64,000 nt of DNA, taken from the NCBI GenBank assembly GCA_963772725.1, contig CAVYYI010000002.1, positions 64,001-128,000 of the forward strand, in the 5' to 3' direction. The notes beneath the pieces were generated by a model that saw nothing but the letters and a program-made list of their open reading frames with translations, had not been told where the DNA came from and ran no database searches. A program made the position numbers and the translations under genes. This document shows positions 22,671-32,723 of the stretch, one piece after another. Each line of letters opens with the position of its first letter. Within the stretch, counting starts at the first letter, position 1. This DNA is from an uncultured Phycisphaerales bacterium. GTDB taxonomy: Bacteria > Planctomycetota > Phycisphaerae > Sedimentisphaerales > Anaerobacaceae.

Positions 22671-23021
22671 AGCGGTTACGGTGCCGTCAGTTAACTTTAT
22701 ACCTGAGAACCTGAACTTTGGATAAGCCCTTGTTTATTCGATTGAAAATAAGCATCAAGTGCAGCAACAAAGTAAAAAACTTCGGTTTTATTCAAAAATC
22801 AGCTATTTTGAACCAAAGTATAATACTCCCCAAAAATCGGACCAGTATATAAGGTGTAAGTTGTGGTATAATTCTATCGGATTATGGATTGAGAAAGGAA
22901 GTTGTCCGGCGTCAATTATAATTTCCCTTCAACGACAGTTATTTTTACCGTTACTTCATAACACTTACCTTAGCTTATAGCCTTTAGGAGGTGCCCCCCA
23001 TGGGGGGCAAAATTTCGGACA

Positions 23022-23786
23022 TTACGTGTCCTTATTTTTCCGTCTCTGAGCTTCCTCAGCTCGGTAGCTCGGTACATTCAATTCAAGGATCACACTATGA
23101 TGTACCAGCCGGTCAATCGCTGCTGCAGTGGTCATCGGATCCTTAAAGATGACTTCCCATTTACTGAACGGCAGATTGCTGGTAATCAACACGCTGCCAC
23201 GTTCATAACAATGAGCTAATAAGGTAAACAGCACCTCCATCTCCTCGCGGTTCTGTTTGACATAGCCGAAGTCATCTATCATCAATGCCTCGTACTGTGA
23301 CAGCTTCTTGAGCCATTTGTCCAGCTTCAACTCCTGCTTGGCTCGTAATAACTCCTGCAACATCATATCACACGTAGTAAAGTAAACCTTTTTTCCCTGC
23401 CGGGCAAGTTCATGACAGATACCACACAGTAAATGTGTCTTACCGCTGCCGGGTTTGCCAAATGCAAGAATATTCTCTGTTCTGTCAACAAATGAACCTT
23501 CCAAAAGAATTTTGACCTGCTGACGTATCTTCAACGGCATACGTTTAAAATCAAAGTTTGCCATGGTCTTTTCCATAGGAAGCTTTGAGGCTTTTACCAG
23601 CCTTGCGATTTTATTGGCTCTGCGAACATCACACTCACGCTGAGCCAATTCCAATAGATATTGTGAATAACCCATATCTTCGGCGATAGCCTTCTGAGCG
23701 AACTCGGCGTAATATTCACGGAACATCGGCAGGTGAAGTTCTTTGAGAAGGTTTACAAGCTGATTATCCAGATCATTTTTACTCAT
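23022..23786 (-). CDS. istB: IS21 helper ATPase
   Basis: GKPGSGKTHL, IDDFGY, ITSNLPFSKW, AAIDRLVHH. Confidence 0.95.
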   Translation of the reverse strand: MSKNDLDNQLVNLLKELHLPMFREYYAEFAQKAIAEDMGYSQYLLELAQRECDVRRANKIARLVKASKLPMEKTMANFDFKRMPLKIRQQVKILLEGSFVDRTENILAFGKPGSGKTHLLCGICHELARQGKKVYFTTCDMMLQELLRAKQELKLDKWLKKLSQYEALMIDDFGYVKQNREEMEVLFTLLAHCYERGSVLITSNLPFSKWEVIFKDPMTTAAAIDRLVHHSVILELNVPSYRAEEAQRRKNKDT

Positions 23787-25270
23787 ACCAGTAGTGCCTC
23801 CGCCGATTCAAGTAGACAGTCATAACTGTTCAGATCAATATCGCCAACACAAACGTCAGTGACATCCGGCGGCTGTTGTTCGGATTTGACTATTTGTTCT
23901 ACCATATCAAAATCAATCGCATCTGCATGGTTGATCAGGAACCGCAAAGCTTCATTGACAGATGTCTGGCTTTCGTTGGCAGCTAATTCAAGAATTTTCA
24001 GATACTGCTTATTACCCTGCTTCATCCCATGTTGATCACGCAGGAGATCATATGCGATCCTGAACTGACTTGTGGGAAACATATCATCTTTATAGCAATA
24101 GTTCTCAAACGCCCCGGGTTTGCGAACAAGGGTATCTATAACGTGGCGGTAATTGATGTAATGACCGTTTTCACCGTGTAATCTGGGCAATACTTCAATT
24201 CTTCTTTGAGCATACCAGACTTCGATATGTTCGGCATATATTCGAACGTCAACATTTTCTCCCCTAAGCCTGCTGTGAACAGAATAGCTGTTCTTAAGAA
24301 CTCGGACCGTGCAGCCACGACTTACCCTGCATTTATCCCTGGTGAAATCTTCATGCCTGCGGGTTGGCAATTGCCGCAGAACCTTTAACTCTTCGGCCAA
24401 GAGTTTTGTGCGGCCGGTATTGAGTTGGTTGAGCAGCTTTTCAAGAAACATTTCATAATCTTTCCTGCTGTTAAAATCTCTGCTTCCTCTAAGGATTAAC
24501 GCCTGTTCAACAGCTCTCTTTAACCTGTGATGACGCTGCTCTATATCGCCGTTTTCATTCGGACAGTGAGGCTGGATTTTACAGCTTTGGAAACCATAAT
24601 GATTCGCAAGACCCTGATAGTTAGCCGTGAATTCCTCAGGATTGCCTACCTTGTTAACCGCACAGGTTAAATTATCAGTCCTATGATAGCGTGGTATGCC
24701 GCCTAACTTCCAGAGGGCATTTTGAATACCGGCACTTAAACTTTCATAGCTTTCTGAAAAACATACCGTGACGGTTTCCCAGTTCGACAAACACAATACA
24801 AAATGGTACAGCATGTGAATAAAAGGTATGCCGCAAATGGTGATACCCAGCTTATTCATCCTGGTAAAGTCTGATTCGCACCATTGGCCGGGTTTATAGA
24901 TTTGTGGAAAAAACACTTCCTGAGCCGGACCGGACAAGGCTTTCCATTGTTTTACTCGTCTCTGGAAGGTTCTTAATTCGCTGTCCTGGTATTTACCGGG
25001 ATATTCACGCTGCAGAGCCTCAAAAAGCGATTTAGATTCAAGACCGGAGTTGTTTTTGAGGAATTCTTCAACCCATGGCCAATCCCCTGCAAAGGCATCC
25101 GGATGGGTGGGCCAGTCGTGGATAGCTTGGCATTGGCTGGGCAGCACGCCCGTTTTTAAATACTTGCGGGCGGTTTTAGTGCTTATACCAGCCTTGTCTG
25201 CAAGCTGATATAAGGTCTTGCATTTGTTTTTCATAGCGAACAATCTCCTTACCTGTTTGTCTTTAACCAT
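23783..25270 (-). CDS. istA: IS21 transposase
   Basis: PGQWCESDF, HRTDN, ENGDIEQ, NSYSVHSRL. Confidence 0.93.
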   Translation of the reverse strand: MVKDKQVRRLFAMKNKCKTLYQLADKAGISTKTARKYLKTGVLPSQCQAIHDWPTHPDAFAGDWPWVEEFLKNNSGLESKSLFEALQREYPGKYQDSELRTFQRRVKQWKALSGPAQEVFFPQIYKPGQWCESDFTRMNKLGITICGIPFIHMLYHFVLCLSNWETVTVCFSESYESLSAGIQNALWKLGGIPRYHRTDNLTCAVNKVGNPEEFTANYQGLANHYGFQSCKIQPHCPNENGDIEQRHHRLKRAVEQALILRGSRDFNSRKDYEMFLEKLLNQLNTGRTKLLAEELKVLRQLPTRRHEDFTRDKCRVSRGCTVRVLKNSYSVHSRLRGENVDVRIYAEHIEVWYAQRRIEVLPRLHGENGHYINYRHVIDTLVRKPGAFENYCYKDDMFPTSQFRIAYDLLRDQHGMKQGNKQYLKILELAANESQTSVNEALRFLINHADAIDFDMVEQIVKSEQQPPDVTDVCVGDIDLNSYDCLLESAEALLV

Positions 25271-25559
25271 CTGAAATCTCCTGACTTAATGAGTTTCAGA
25301 TAGCATATTCCAACTTTAATTCATCCGGAACTTTTAACTGTCGCCGGAAGGTAAGAATAATTGTCGCTGATCACAGGATTGTTTTCGTCGAGTTTCATTT
25401 GAATTTATATGGGATTATCTCGATATAATACGCATTACAGTTAATTCTCGTGCATCAACCATGTGGCATTGCAGATTGTTTTGAATTGACTGGATGAGAT
25501 TTTGTTCCATGCCGATGAGGCATCACTGCTATTCGACAGGGGAAATTTCCTGACGACCT

Positions 25560-25709
25560 CTAATCATCACAACACAAGCCGGCTTTTTCATAAAAGGCTG
25601 CCACTTCACTTCCCAAGAGTTGAGCAAGATTTCCACGTAATGGTACAACCTCTATGCTTTTAGCTTCTTTATCTTCGCCAACGGATGTTGAAATTTGCAC
25701 ATTATCCAT
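25560..25709 (-). CDS. 49-aa putative RiPP precursor (not in ORF track)
   Basis: MDNVQISTSVGEDKEAKSIEVVPLRGNLAQLLGSEVAAFYEKAGLCCDD; start overlaps the rSAM stop, AAGGA upstream. Confidence 0.6.
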   Translation of the reverse strand: MDNVQISTSVGEDKEAKSIEVVPLRGNLAQLLGSEVAAFYEKAGLCCDD

Positions 25710-27021
25710 ACTCTTTTTCCTTACTATAACTTAACATATCCTTATTTTTCAATTGTTGGCTTTCATTATACATCTGTATAAGAATTTTGGAAATCAATTT
25801 TTTTCTGACTTCGCACTGCCAACTATCAACCTCAGATATTTTCCCTGTAACGCTAAAGTTGCGAATTGGACAACCACCACAGCAAATGGCTATTAAAGGA
25901 CATTTTTCGCATTTCTGCATTATCTTCCTGATATCTGGAACGGTTCGTGACCGGTCATATTCAAAAATACCTTTTTCAGTTACATACCGACCAAGAGTAA
26001 ATTCCGTCGGTGCAGTGAGGCAATTTTGCGATTCCAAGCAAGATGTGATGAGTCCATCCGGTGTAAATACAAGTTTTCGCCCTGCTAAGGATGTGCAATA
26101 GTGAGTTGCTGGTGCAAAAAGGCGAAGAAGAGAAGAAGTAATGAACTGAATCCCTTTTTCCCTGCAGCGACTAATTGCAGCCATTATTGCTTCGACATAT
26201 TCGTCAGGCGTGGGCTGTTCAAAATTCTTTGCTTCGGCCCGTCCTCTCGGTGCGACCAGTTCCATATGTACAATATTTACCCCCAGAGAAGCAAGGTAAT
26301 TTATGATTTCTTCCACTCTGGCAAGTGTCTCCATAGTCAGAGTTACTCTAACTCGCAACTGTGTTTCTTTGCGTACAAGGGTCTTAATTGTTGATTCAAC
26401 AATTTTGGAACTATACCGGCCGTCGGCGAAAACTCTGTACTTGTTTTGTATATCGGGGGGGCCATCGAGCGAGAGCTTAACGATAAATTTCTTGTCTATG
26501 AGAAACCGCAAAACATCATCTCCAATTATACCATTTGTAGATATTATCGGTTTGAACGGGATATTTTTAGACTCAATGTCTTGGATAACATCTTTAATCA
26601 CTTCAAAATTGAGAGTTGGTTCTCCCCCGAAAAATGATATGAATAATTCATCAGCATCTGAAGATACTGCATATTCAATTGCTTTGTGGGCTAACCACAC
26701 AGGCATGTATTCAGGACGCTCGCCTGCGTTTGCGTAGCAGTATTTACATCTCAAGTTGCAATCTGTTGTAACTATGAGTGTGACTCTTACTGTGCGGTCA
26801 GGTTGCTTTACAGGATTCTCGAAAAAGCCTTCTTTTTCGAGTTTTGCTTTAGCCACGTCAAAGTCCATATTTGCGTTTGGTATTCTAGCGAATTTTTTTG
26901 CGGTCGCTGAATAAACCAAGTAATCGTCCTTATGAGGAAGCACTATAAGTCCGAAGGGGGGTTTTTCACCCCCAAAAAAATTTAAAACCTTATAATCAAT
27001 CCCTCTTTTGAGTTTTAACAT
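25702..27021 (-). CDS. Radical SAM/SPASM enzyme with an RRE-like N-terminus (start may be 27021 or 27048)
   Basis: CNLRCKYC, FFGGEP, SLDG, SPASM cysteines C..PDG.ITSC..CEKCPLIAICCGGCP..C. Confidence 0.9.
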   Translation of the reverse strand: MLKLKRGIDYKVLNFFGGEKPPFGLIVLPHKDDYLVYSATAKKFARIPNANMDFDVAKAKLEKEGFFENPVKQPDRTVRVTLIVTTDCNLRCKYCYANAGERPEYMPVWLAHKAIEYAVSSDADELFISFFGGEPTLNFEVIKDVIQDIESKNIPFKPIISTNGIIGDDVLRFLIDKKFIVKLSLDGPPDIQNKYRVFADGRYSSKIVESTIKTLVRKETQLRVRVTLTMETLARVEEIINYLASLGVNIVHMELVAPRGRAEAKNFEQPTPDEYVEAIMAAISRCREKGIQFITSSLLRLFAPATHYCTSLAGRKLVFTPDGLITSCLESQNCLTAPTEFTLGRYVTEKGIFEYDRSRTVPDIRKIMQKCEKCPLIAICCGGCPIRNFSVTGKISEVDSWQCEVRKKLISKILIQMYNESQQLKNKDMLSYSKEKEYG

Positions 27022-28097
27022 CTGTAATAAGGTCCAGTCTGTGGCCATGTAGCTAATCTTGCATGGCTTTCCGAATAATTGCAATATTTGAAAGCATGCC
27101 GCCACCCATAAAAGCTGTTTCCTTTCGATAGAGATATTCTCCAATAAACGTCTCTAAGTAGCCTTACTCTTTTCAAAAGGGTATGTGAATCTGCTGGAAC
27201 GTAGGTCCAATCATCCCCCTTAACCATTTTTACAGTTTTTACTATTTTTTGGATTTCATATTCTAAGTCATCGTCGTCCACATTCAATTTATTCAATATT
27301 TCTGCGCAACTACTTTCGATGGCTTTAAACAGATTAGCGAGAGATGTCTTAAATTTAGGGTTATTAAGTTTCATGCAATTTGCAATAAAAGCCACGCCAA
27401 GCATTTTTGAATAATCGATTTTCTTCGTTGAACAAAGGTTTATTGACTCAAACTCGTTCTGTTCATCTGAATCCTGCTTTTCTCGTACCAATATCTTGCA
27501 GAAGCGGTCATCGGCATCTTTGCGGCATAATATTTCTATTGCTTGGTTGTACTCATAACACACAAATAGAGGAACATTATGAAACATTTTTGTTCCGAAT
27601 TCACTTACATGTGAGATTTCTACTATGCTGTTGGGTTTTACATCCAGTCTGTTCGCAAAACACCTTAGCCAATCCCTTGCAGCACTACTTGGAAAAACGC
27701 CGATTTTCTTTCCGTTCAATAGATGAGCAAGGACAGAGTCAGTAATCCTACCGTTCTTAACTTTCAGAAGTTTCTTTTGGTAACCCTGACGGTCAGCTAT
27801 GATTACTATAGGTGTTTTTTTGATAAATAGTGCTACAGACATAGGATTTTGGTTTGCCTCTTCAAAATGTTCAACAAATGTGACACTTCCACAGAGAGCA
27901 ACGTCACATAGATTATTTTCTACAGCCCTTATGCTGTCTGGTGAGCCGGTTCCCTCCAATATTTTAAGGTTGAATCCATATTTTCTTTTCTTTCTGTCGA
28001 TAAGATATTTTAGGTATAGCAGAGGCAGGTGTTCTTCTCCTACTTTCCAGTCCAGTCTCAACCGAATTACAGGAATATTCTTACTCTTTTTTTCCAT
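27015..28097 (-). CDS. Divergent NMT1/THI5-like binding-fold protein without signal peptide
   Basis: IRLRLDWK..EH, EGTGS..SIRAV, LNGKKIG parallel the SBP at 29722. Confidence 0.6.
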   Translation of the reverse strand: MEKKSKNIPVIRLRLDWKVGEEHLPLLYLKYLIDRKKRKYGFNLKILEGTGSPDSIRAVENNLCDVALCGSVTFVEHFEEANQNPMSVALFIKKTPIVIIADRQGYQKKLLKVKNGRITDSVLAHLLNGKKIGVFPSSAARDWLRCFANRLDVKPNSIVEISHVSEFGTKMFHNVPLFVCYEYNQAIEILCRKDADDRFCKILVREKQDSDEQNEFESINLCSTKKIDYSKMLGVAFIANCMKLNNPKFKTSLANLFKAIESSCAEILNKLNVDDDDLEYEIQKIVKTVKMVKGDDWTYVPADSHTLLKRVRLLRDVYWRISLSKGNSFYGWRHAFKYCNYSESHARLATWPQTGPYYRC

Positions 28098-28109
28098 TGC
28101 ATTCCCCGT

Positions 28110-28928
28110 TTATAGAATAATATCCTCTTCTGGTTTTTCATGTCCCTTGACAAGCCATGACTCTAATACACAGGTTATGATATATAAGCAAACACCAAAA
28201 AAAGTCAGAGTAATAAATGAGGCAAACAATACCGGTGTTTTCAGATTTGCAATTGAAACCATTATAAGGTAGCCAAGTCCACGGTCGGCACCAACAAACT
28301 CGCCTGTTACTGCACCAATCATACTATATCCGCCAGCTGTTTTAAGTGCTACGAAGAAGTAAGGTAAGCAAGCTGGTATCCTTGCTTTTACCAATATCTC
28401 AAACGGGGTGGCTGCCATAGAATTAAAAAGGTCAAGTTTGTCACGGTCAAGCGAATGTAAACCTTTAAAAATATTTGCCAAAAGGGGGAAAAAGGCTATT
28501 AACGCTGCAATAATAAATTTAGGAAGCAGCCCATATCCAAACCATAGAATAAATAGGGGCGCCAGTGCAACTTTGGGGCTAACTTGTATAGCAACCGCAA
28601 TAGGAAACACAGATGCCCTGATTATTCTGTTGTGTATGGAAAGAACTGCCAGTATAGATGCGCATACAACAGCAATCCCTAAACCTATGATTGCTTCAGC
28701 AATTGTAACCCAAAAATGTTTTGCGATGATGGGTGAAGTAACCGTTAAAGTGAGAACTTCAAGAGGATTGGGCAAAATATATTCAGGGGGTGAGAATACC
28801 CAAACTGCAATCTGCCAAATCGCAATAATAGTAACAAATCCAATAACAAAGGTTCTAAAGATAGGTACTAGTGTTTCAAATTTTTTATATTTGTTTTCTA
28901 TCGAGGTGCTTTCTAAATTTTCAACCAT
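28110..28928 (-). CDS. ABC permease (SsuC/TauC family)
   Basis: PKVALAPLFILWFGYG, GAVTGEFVGADRGLGYLI. Confidence 0.92.
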   Translation of the reverse strand: MVENLESTSIENKYKKFETLVPIFRTFVIGFVTIIAIWQIAVWVFSPPEYILPNPLEVLTLTVTSPIIAKHFWVTIAEAIIGLGIAVVCASILAVLSIHNRIIRASVFPIAVAIQVSPKVALAPLFILWFGYGLLPKFIIAALIAFFPLLANIFKGLHSLDRDKLDLFNSMAATPFEILVKARIPACLPYFFVALKTAGGYSMIGAVTGEFVGADRGLGYLIMVSIANLKTPVLFASFITLTFFGVCLYIITCVLESWLVKGHEKPEEDIIL

Positions 28929-28942
28929 TCTTATCGTCCTTA

Positions 28943-29719
28943 TTACTCCAACAATAAACGAACTTCGGCGCAGATATCGTGAAATTTTTTATCATCAAGC
29001 AATTTTATACTTCTATCCTTCGGCAAGTCAACAGTTATCTCTTGCCGAATTTGACCTGGTCGCCCTGTAAATACTACAATACGGTCCGCAAGGAATACTG
29101 CCTCAGCAACGCTGTGAGTTACGAATATCACAGTATTCCCGAGTGATTTCCACATTTTCATAAGCAACTGGTGTAATCTGAAGCGAGTTAATTCGTCCAA
29201 ATGTCCGAAAGGTTCGTCCATCAAAAGTAATTCCGGGGCGTAAACCATTATCCGTCCGAGTGCAACTCTTTGCTGCATACCACCAGATAGCTGCGAAGGA
29301 TAGGATTCCTTGAACCCACTTAAGCCTAAAAATGCTAACGCCTCGTACACTTGAAGATTTGGAGATTTTGCTTTTTTCTTAAGGAACTCGAGAGGCAAAG
29401 CTATATTTTGTTCTACGTTCCTCCATGGTAGTAATGACGGACTTTGTGAAATATATCCAATTTTAAGATTGTTTCTTGCTGTATGGGGTGATTTTCCGGT
29501 GATTAAGACCTTTCCGTCCGTTGGCTCGATAAAGCCACACATTATTCGCAACAAAGTTGTTTTACCACAGCCAGAGGGGCCGATTAAAGCAATACGCTCC
29601 TTAGGAACAACTTGAAGATGAATATTTTCGAGAGCTTCAACGGAATTGGTTTTGGTATAATAAGTTTTCCGCAAATTTTTTATGTCAACGATTAAGTCCA
29701 TTTTTTCAATACTCCACAA
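28943..29719 (-). CDS. ABC ATP-binding subunit (SsuB/TauB family)
   Basis: GPSGCGKT, LSGGMQQR, LLMDEPFG, FVTHS. Confidence 0.95.
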   Translation of the reverse strand: MWSIEKMDLIVDIKNLRKTYYTKTNSVEALENIHLQVVPKERIALIGPSGCGKTTLLRIMCGFIEPTDGKVLITGKSPHTARNNLKIGYISQSPSLLPWRNVEQNIALPLEFLKKKAKSPNLQVYEALAFLGLSGFKESYPSQLSGGMQQRVALGRIMVYAPELLLMDEPFGHLDELTRFRLHQLLMKMWKSLGNTVIFVTHSVAEAVFLADRIVVFTGRPGQIRQEITVDLPKDRSIKLLDDKKFHDICAEVRLLLE

Positions 29720-29721
29720 GG

Positions 29722-30717
29722 CTATTTCAAAAAATTATTAGTGAAAAAATCACTGAGCTTGATTTCTTTATCAATCAATCCAGCCTGGAGTAGAATATCT
29801 TGGGTACTCTTCCACTCATCTTCAAGTTGCAGTCCGATACCTCCAGATTTCTCTGCACCTTTTTGTATGAGAGATACAACCTCATCAAATTTTAATTTTT
29901 GATAGGTCTCATCTGCTTCTGGGTGATATTTCATAAACGTTGTAACCGCCTCGGACTTGTTTCTAATGCTTTCACTAATTGACCTTAAAGTCGCCTTCAT
30001 GAATTCACGTACTATTTCGGGCTTATTTTTTACCATTTCTTCATTTGTGATTATTGCCATACTATAAACATTAACCCCATAGTCAGACATCATTATAGTA
30101 TTAAGTTGATACCCTTTTGCAATTAACACGGGAGGCTGGTTAAAGCTATAACCCCCAATTGCATCTATTCGTCCTGTCAAAAGTTCTTCAGGGTTTCCTG
30201 GTACAGAAATAACGTCAATTTTGTTTATATCAATATTATTTTTCTCGCAAAAAACTTGAAATTGCTGATTAACAGTGCTTTTGACAATGGTACCATATTT
30301 CTTGCCTATCAAATCTTGAGGTTTGACAATGCCCTTTTCTTTGAGGGAATAGATACAGGCTGGGGATTCTTGCAATAGAACTGCCAGCACCACGATAGGC
30401 ACTCCTTTGCTTTTGGCAATCATAGCGGTATCCCCGCTGCATATGCCAAAGTCACTTTTACCAGCACCTACTAGTTGTGCAGAAACGGTTGAGCCCTCAC
30501 CCGGCTGTATTGTTAAGTCCAACCCTTCTTGTTGATAGTACCCTTTGTCCAATCCGTACCAATAAAAAGCATGCTCTGTACCAGGTATCCAATCTAACTT
30601 GAGTTTTACTTCTTGGAGCATCTTAGAACTTTGTGGAACAAGCAAAGAAACTAAAATAACAATCCCTAAGGCTACCACCAAGGAAATTACTATCCACAAG
30701 AGTATCTTTTTGCTCAT
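29722..30717 (-). CDS. ABC substrate-binding protein, NMT1/THI5 family
   Basis: N-terminal TM anchor, LKLDWIPGTEH, KGYYQQEGLD, PGEGS, DLIGKK. Confidence 0.9.
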   Translation of the reverse strand: MSKKILLWIVISLVVALGIVILVSLLVPQSSKMLQEVKLKLDWIPGTEHAFYWYGLDKGYYQQEGLDLTIQPGEGSTVSAQLVGAGKSDFGICSGDTAMIAKSKGVPIVVLAVLLQESPACIYSLKEKGIVKPQDLIGKKYGTIVKSTVNQQFQVFCEKNNIDINKIDVISVPGNPEELLTGRIDAIGGYSFNQPPVLIAKGYQLNTIMMSDYGVNVYSMAIITNEEMVKNKPEIVREFMKATLRSISESIRNKSEAVTTFMKYHPEADETYQKLKFDEVVSLIQKGAEKSGGIGLQLEDEWKSTQDILLQAGLIDKEIKLSDFFTNNFLK

Positions 30718-30840
30718 GTTTTAGCTCCAATAATTATACATTATACTTTGTAAACAGATGCGTAGCCTTTCGGTTAAGCAATCTTCAGTAATAATACCTA
30801 TTATCCTTCTATACTTCAAGGGTTTATAAAACTTATGTTG

Positions 30841-32377
30841 GTAATGGGTCAGTTATGGGTGGGAGATATTGATTTTGCTGTAAGTATTAAGGTGCTCAAG
30901 TTTATGGCGTAGGATTTCCGATAAAATCCACAGTTTGATGAGATAAGACAAACAAATCGGGAATAAACGCAGATGATTTACTGTCAGCAATGCCTTGAAA
31001 AACAACGTAAAATCGATGAGCTTCAGGAACAGATAGTTTCACTCAAGGCAAAATTACGACACAAGGAAAGGACAGCCCAAGAAGGTTTTTTCGGCTCATC
31101 CACGCCATCCGCTAAAATTCCCATTAAGCCGAATTGTCAGATAGAACACACAAATAATTGCGGCGGAGGCAAAACAGGTCATAAAGGTCACGGCAGAACC
31201 GGTGTCTGTGAAAAAGATGCGGACTATGTGCAAAGGGTTGAAGGCAGCCGATATATGCCCTGATTGCGGAAGCGTTTTGGAGAACAAAGGCACAAGACAA
31301 CGAGCGGTAATTGATTGCCAGCCTGTTAAGATAAAAAAGCTTCTGTATAATTTGGAACGCAAGTATTGTCCGCGATGCCAAAAGGTAGTTGCCGCCAAAC
31401 CTCCTGGTGTTCTGCCAAAGTGTTTATATTCGAATAATCTGCTTGTCTATGTGGCAGTACAGCACTATATCTATGGCAATACACTGGGTCAGATAGAAAA
31501 ACAAACAGGCATCGGCTACAGCAGTATAGTTGACGCTTTGCACCAGTTGGCAGGGATATTGAAAGATGTTCCCAAATCACTCATAGAAGACTATCGCAAG
31601 GCCGCTGTTAAGCACGCTGATGAGACTGGTTGGCGGACAGACGGCCAGAACGGTTTCTCGTGGCTGTTTTGCACGCCTGATATTAGTATCTTTCGATTCC
31701 GCTCCAGCCGTTCTGCCCGTGTAGCCAAAGAGGTTTTTGGCGAAAAGCCCTTGCCGGGTGTTCTGGTTGTGGATCGCTATAACGGCTACAATAGGATGCC
31801 TTGTAAGATTCAATATTGTTATGCACATCTATTGCGTAATGTTAAGGATTTGGAAAAAGATTTTCCCGAAAACGTGGAAATCAGGTCTTTCGTTGAAGCG
31901 TTGGTCTCCCAGTTGGCTAATGCAATCAGCCTTCGCACATTAGATATAACAGACCGACAGTTTAAGCGGCAGGCAGCTAAAATTAAGAGAGCCATCATCG
32001 ATATTGTTAATCACCATGCCAACCATCCGGCCATCCAGAATATGCAGGATATTTTTCGTGAAAAGGCCGATAGGCTTTACCACTGGGCCGATGACCGTAA
32101 GGTACCGGCAGATAACAATTTGGCTGAACGGGAACTGCGTCCGCTTGTTATTGCCAGAAAGATAAGTTTCGGCTCTCAATCTGAAGATGGGGCAAAAACG
32201 CGTGAGATTCTTATGACGGTATTACATACTATGCGAAAAAGATGTCCGGATGTTGTTGATGCCTTCAAGTCTGCACTCAACAAACTTGCCGAACAGCCTG
32301 ATATAGACCTTTCCAAAGTTCTCCTCCGTGCCGACTCATCATAACCTGCACCTGCCCACCCATAACTGACCCATTAC
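30841..32377 (+). mobile_element. IS66-family element (single-ORF type)
   Basis: Perfect 23-bp IR GTAATGGGTCAGTTATGGGTGGG; 8-bp TSD TTATGTTG (30833-30840, 32378-32385). Confidence 0.95.
30973..32344 (+). CDS. IS66 transposase, 1-nt insertion near 31243
   Basis: GGKTGHKGH, CPDCG, HADETGW, QYCYAHLLR, DNNLAERELR. Confidence 0.9.
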
Positions 32378-32396
32378 TTATGTTGGTACAAAATTC

Positions 32397-32424
32397 TTGA
32401 CAGTAAAGCCCTTTGCGAGATAAT
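32397..32424 (+). promoter_or_regulatory. Sigma70-like promoter of the ATP-grasp operon
   Basis: TTGACA-N16-GATAAT upstream of AGGAG and the precursor start. Confidence 0.45.
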
Positions 32425-32488
32425 ATTAAAATGTTTTTTTGAGAAGAAAAGTAACTTGTTGGATTTTTATGCTGAATAAGGAGATTGT

Positions 32489-32710
32489 ATGAACAAACCA
32501 TATTTATTTCGTTTTGCTAAATCATGTCTTTCGCCGGGCCGGGCTCAAACACGACCAGATTATTTTTATGATGAAGAAGCAGATCTTGTTCGTTGGTTAA
32601 GAGAAGATTGTCCAGCCGCTATTGAGATAGAAGGGGAAAATGGCCCACAGACTAAAAAATGTGATATTGAAAAAGGCGACGATAATAAAGACCATAGGAT
32701 GTGGAATTGA
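32489..32710 (+). CDS. Putative graspetide (ATP-grasp RiPP) precursor
   Basis: Leader with PYLFRFA; C-terminal T/K donors and D/E acceptors TKKCDIEKGDDNKD; directly upstream of an ATP-grasp ligase. Confidence 0.8.
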   Translation: MNKPYLFRFAKSCLSPGRAQTRPDYFYDEEADLVRWLREDCPAAIEIEGENGPQTKKCDIEKGDDNKDHRMWN

Positions 32711-32723
32711 GATAACAACTGAA

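Larger units (their letters stand above)
22903..25375 (-). mobile_element. IS21-family element (low-coordinate end approximate)
   Basis: istA/istB pair; subterminal repeats GCG(T/A)CAATTAT and CGACAGTTA at both ends; high end ...TGATCACA. Confidence 0.85.

Noticed and set aside
22700..22902. Possible extra IS end (CCTGAGAACCTGAAC...) truncating the Rhs gene
   Set aside because: No partner IR or transposase found; cannot be supported
30973..32344. Programmed frameshifting in the IS66 and 16406 transposases
   Set aside because: No slippery A-run at the shift sites; better explained by the window-wide indel pattern
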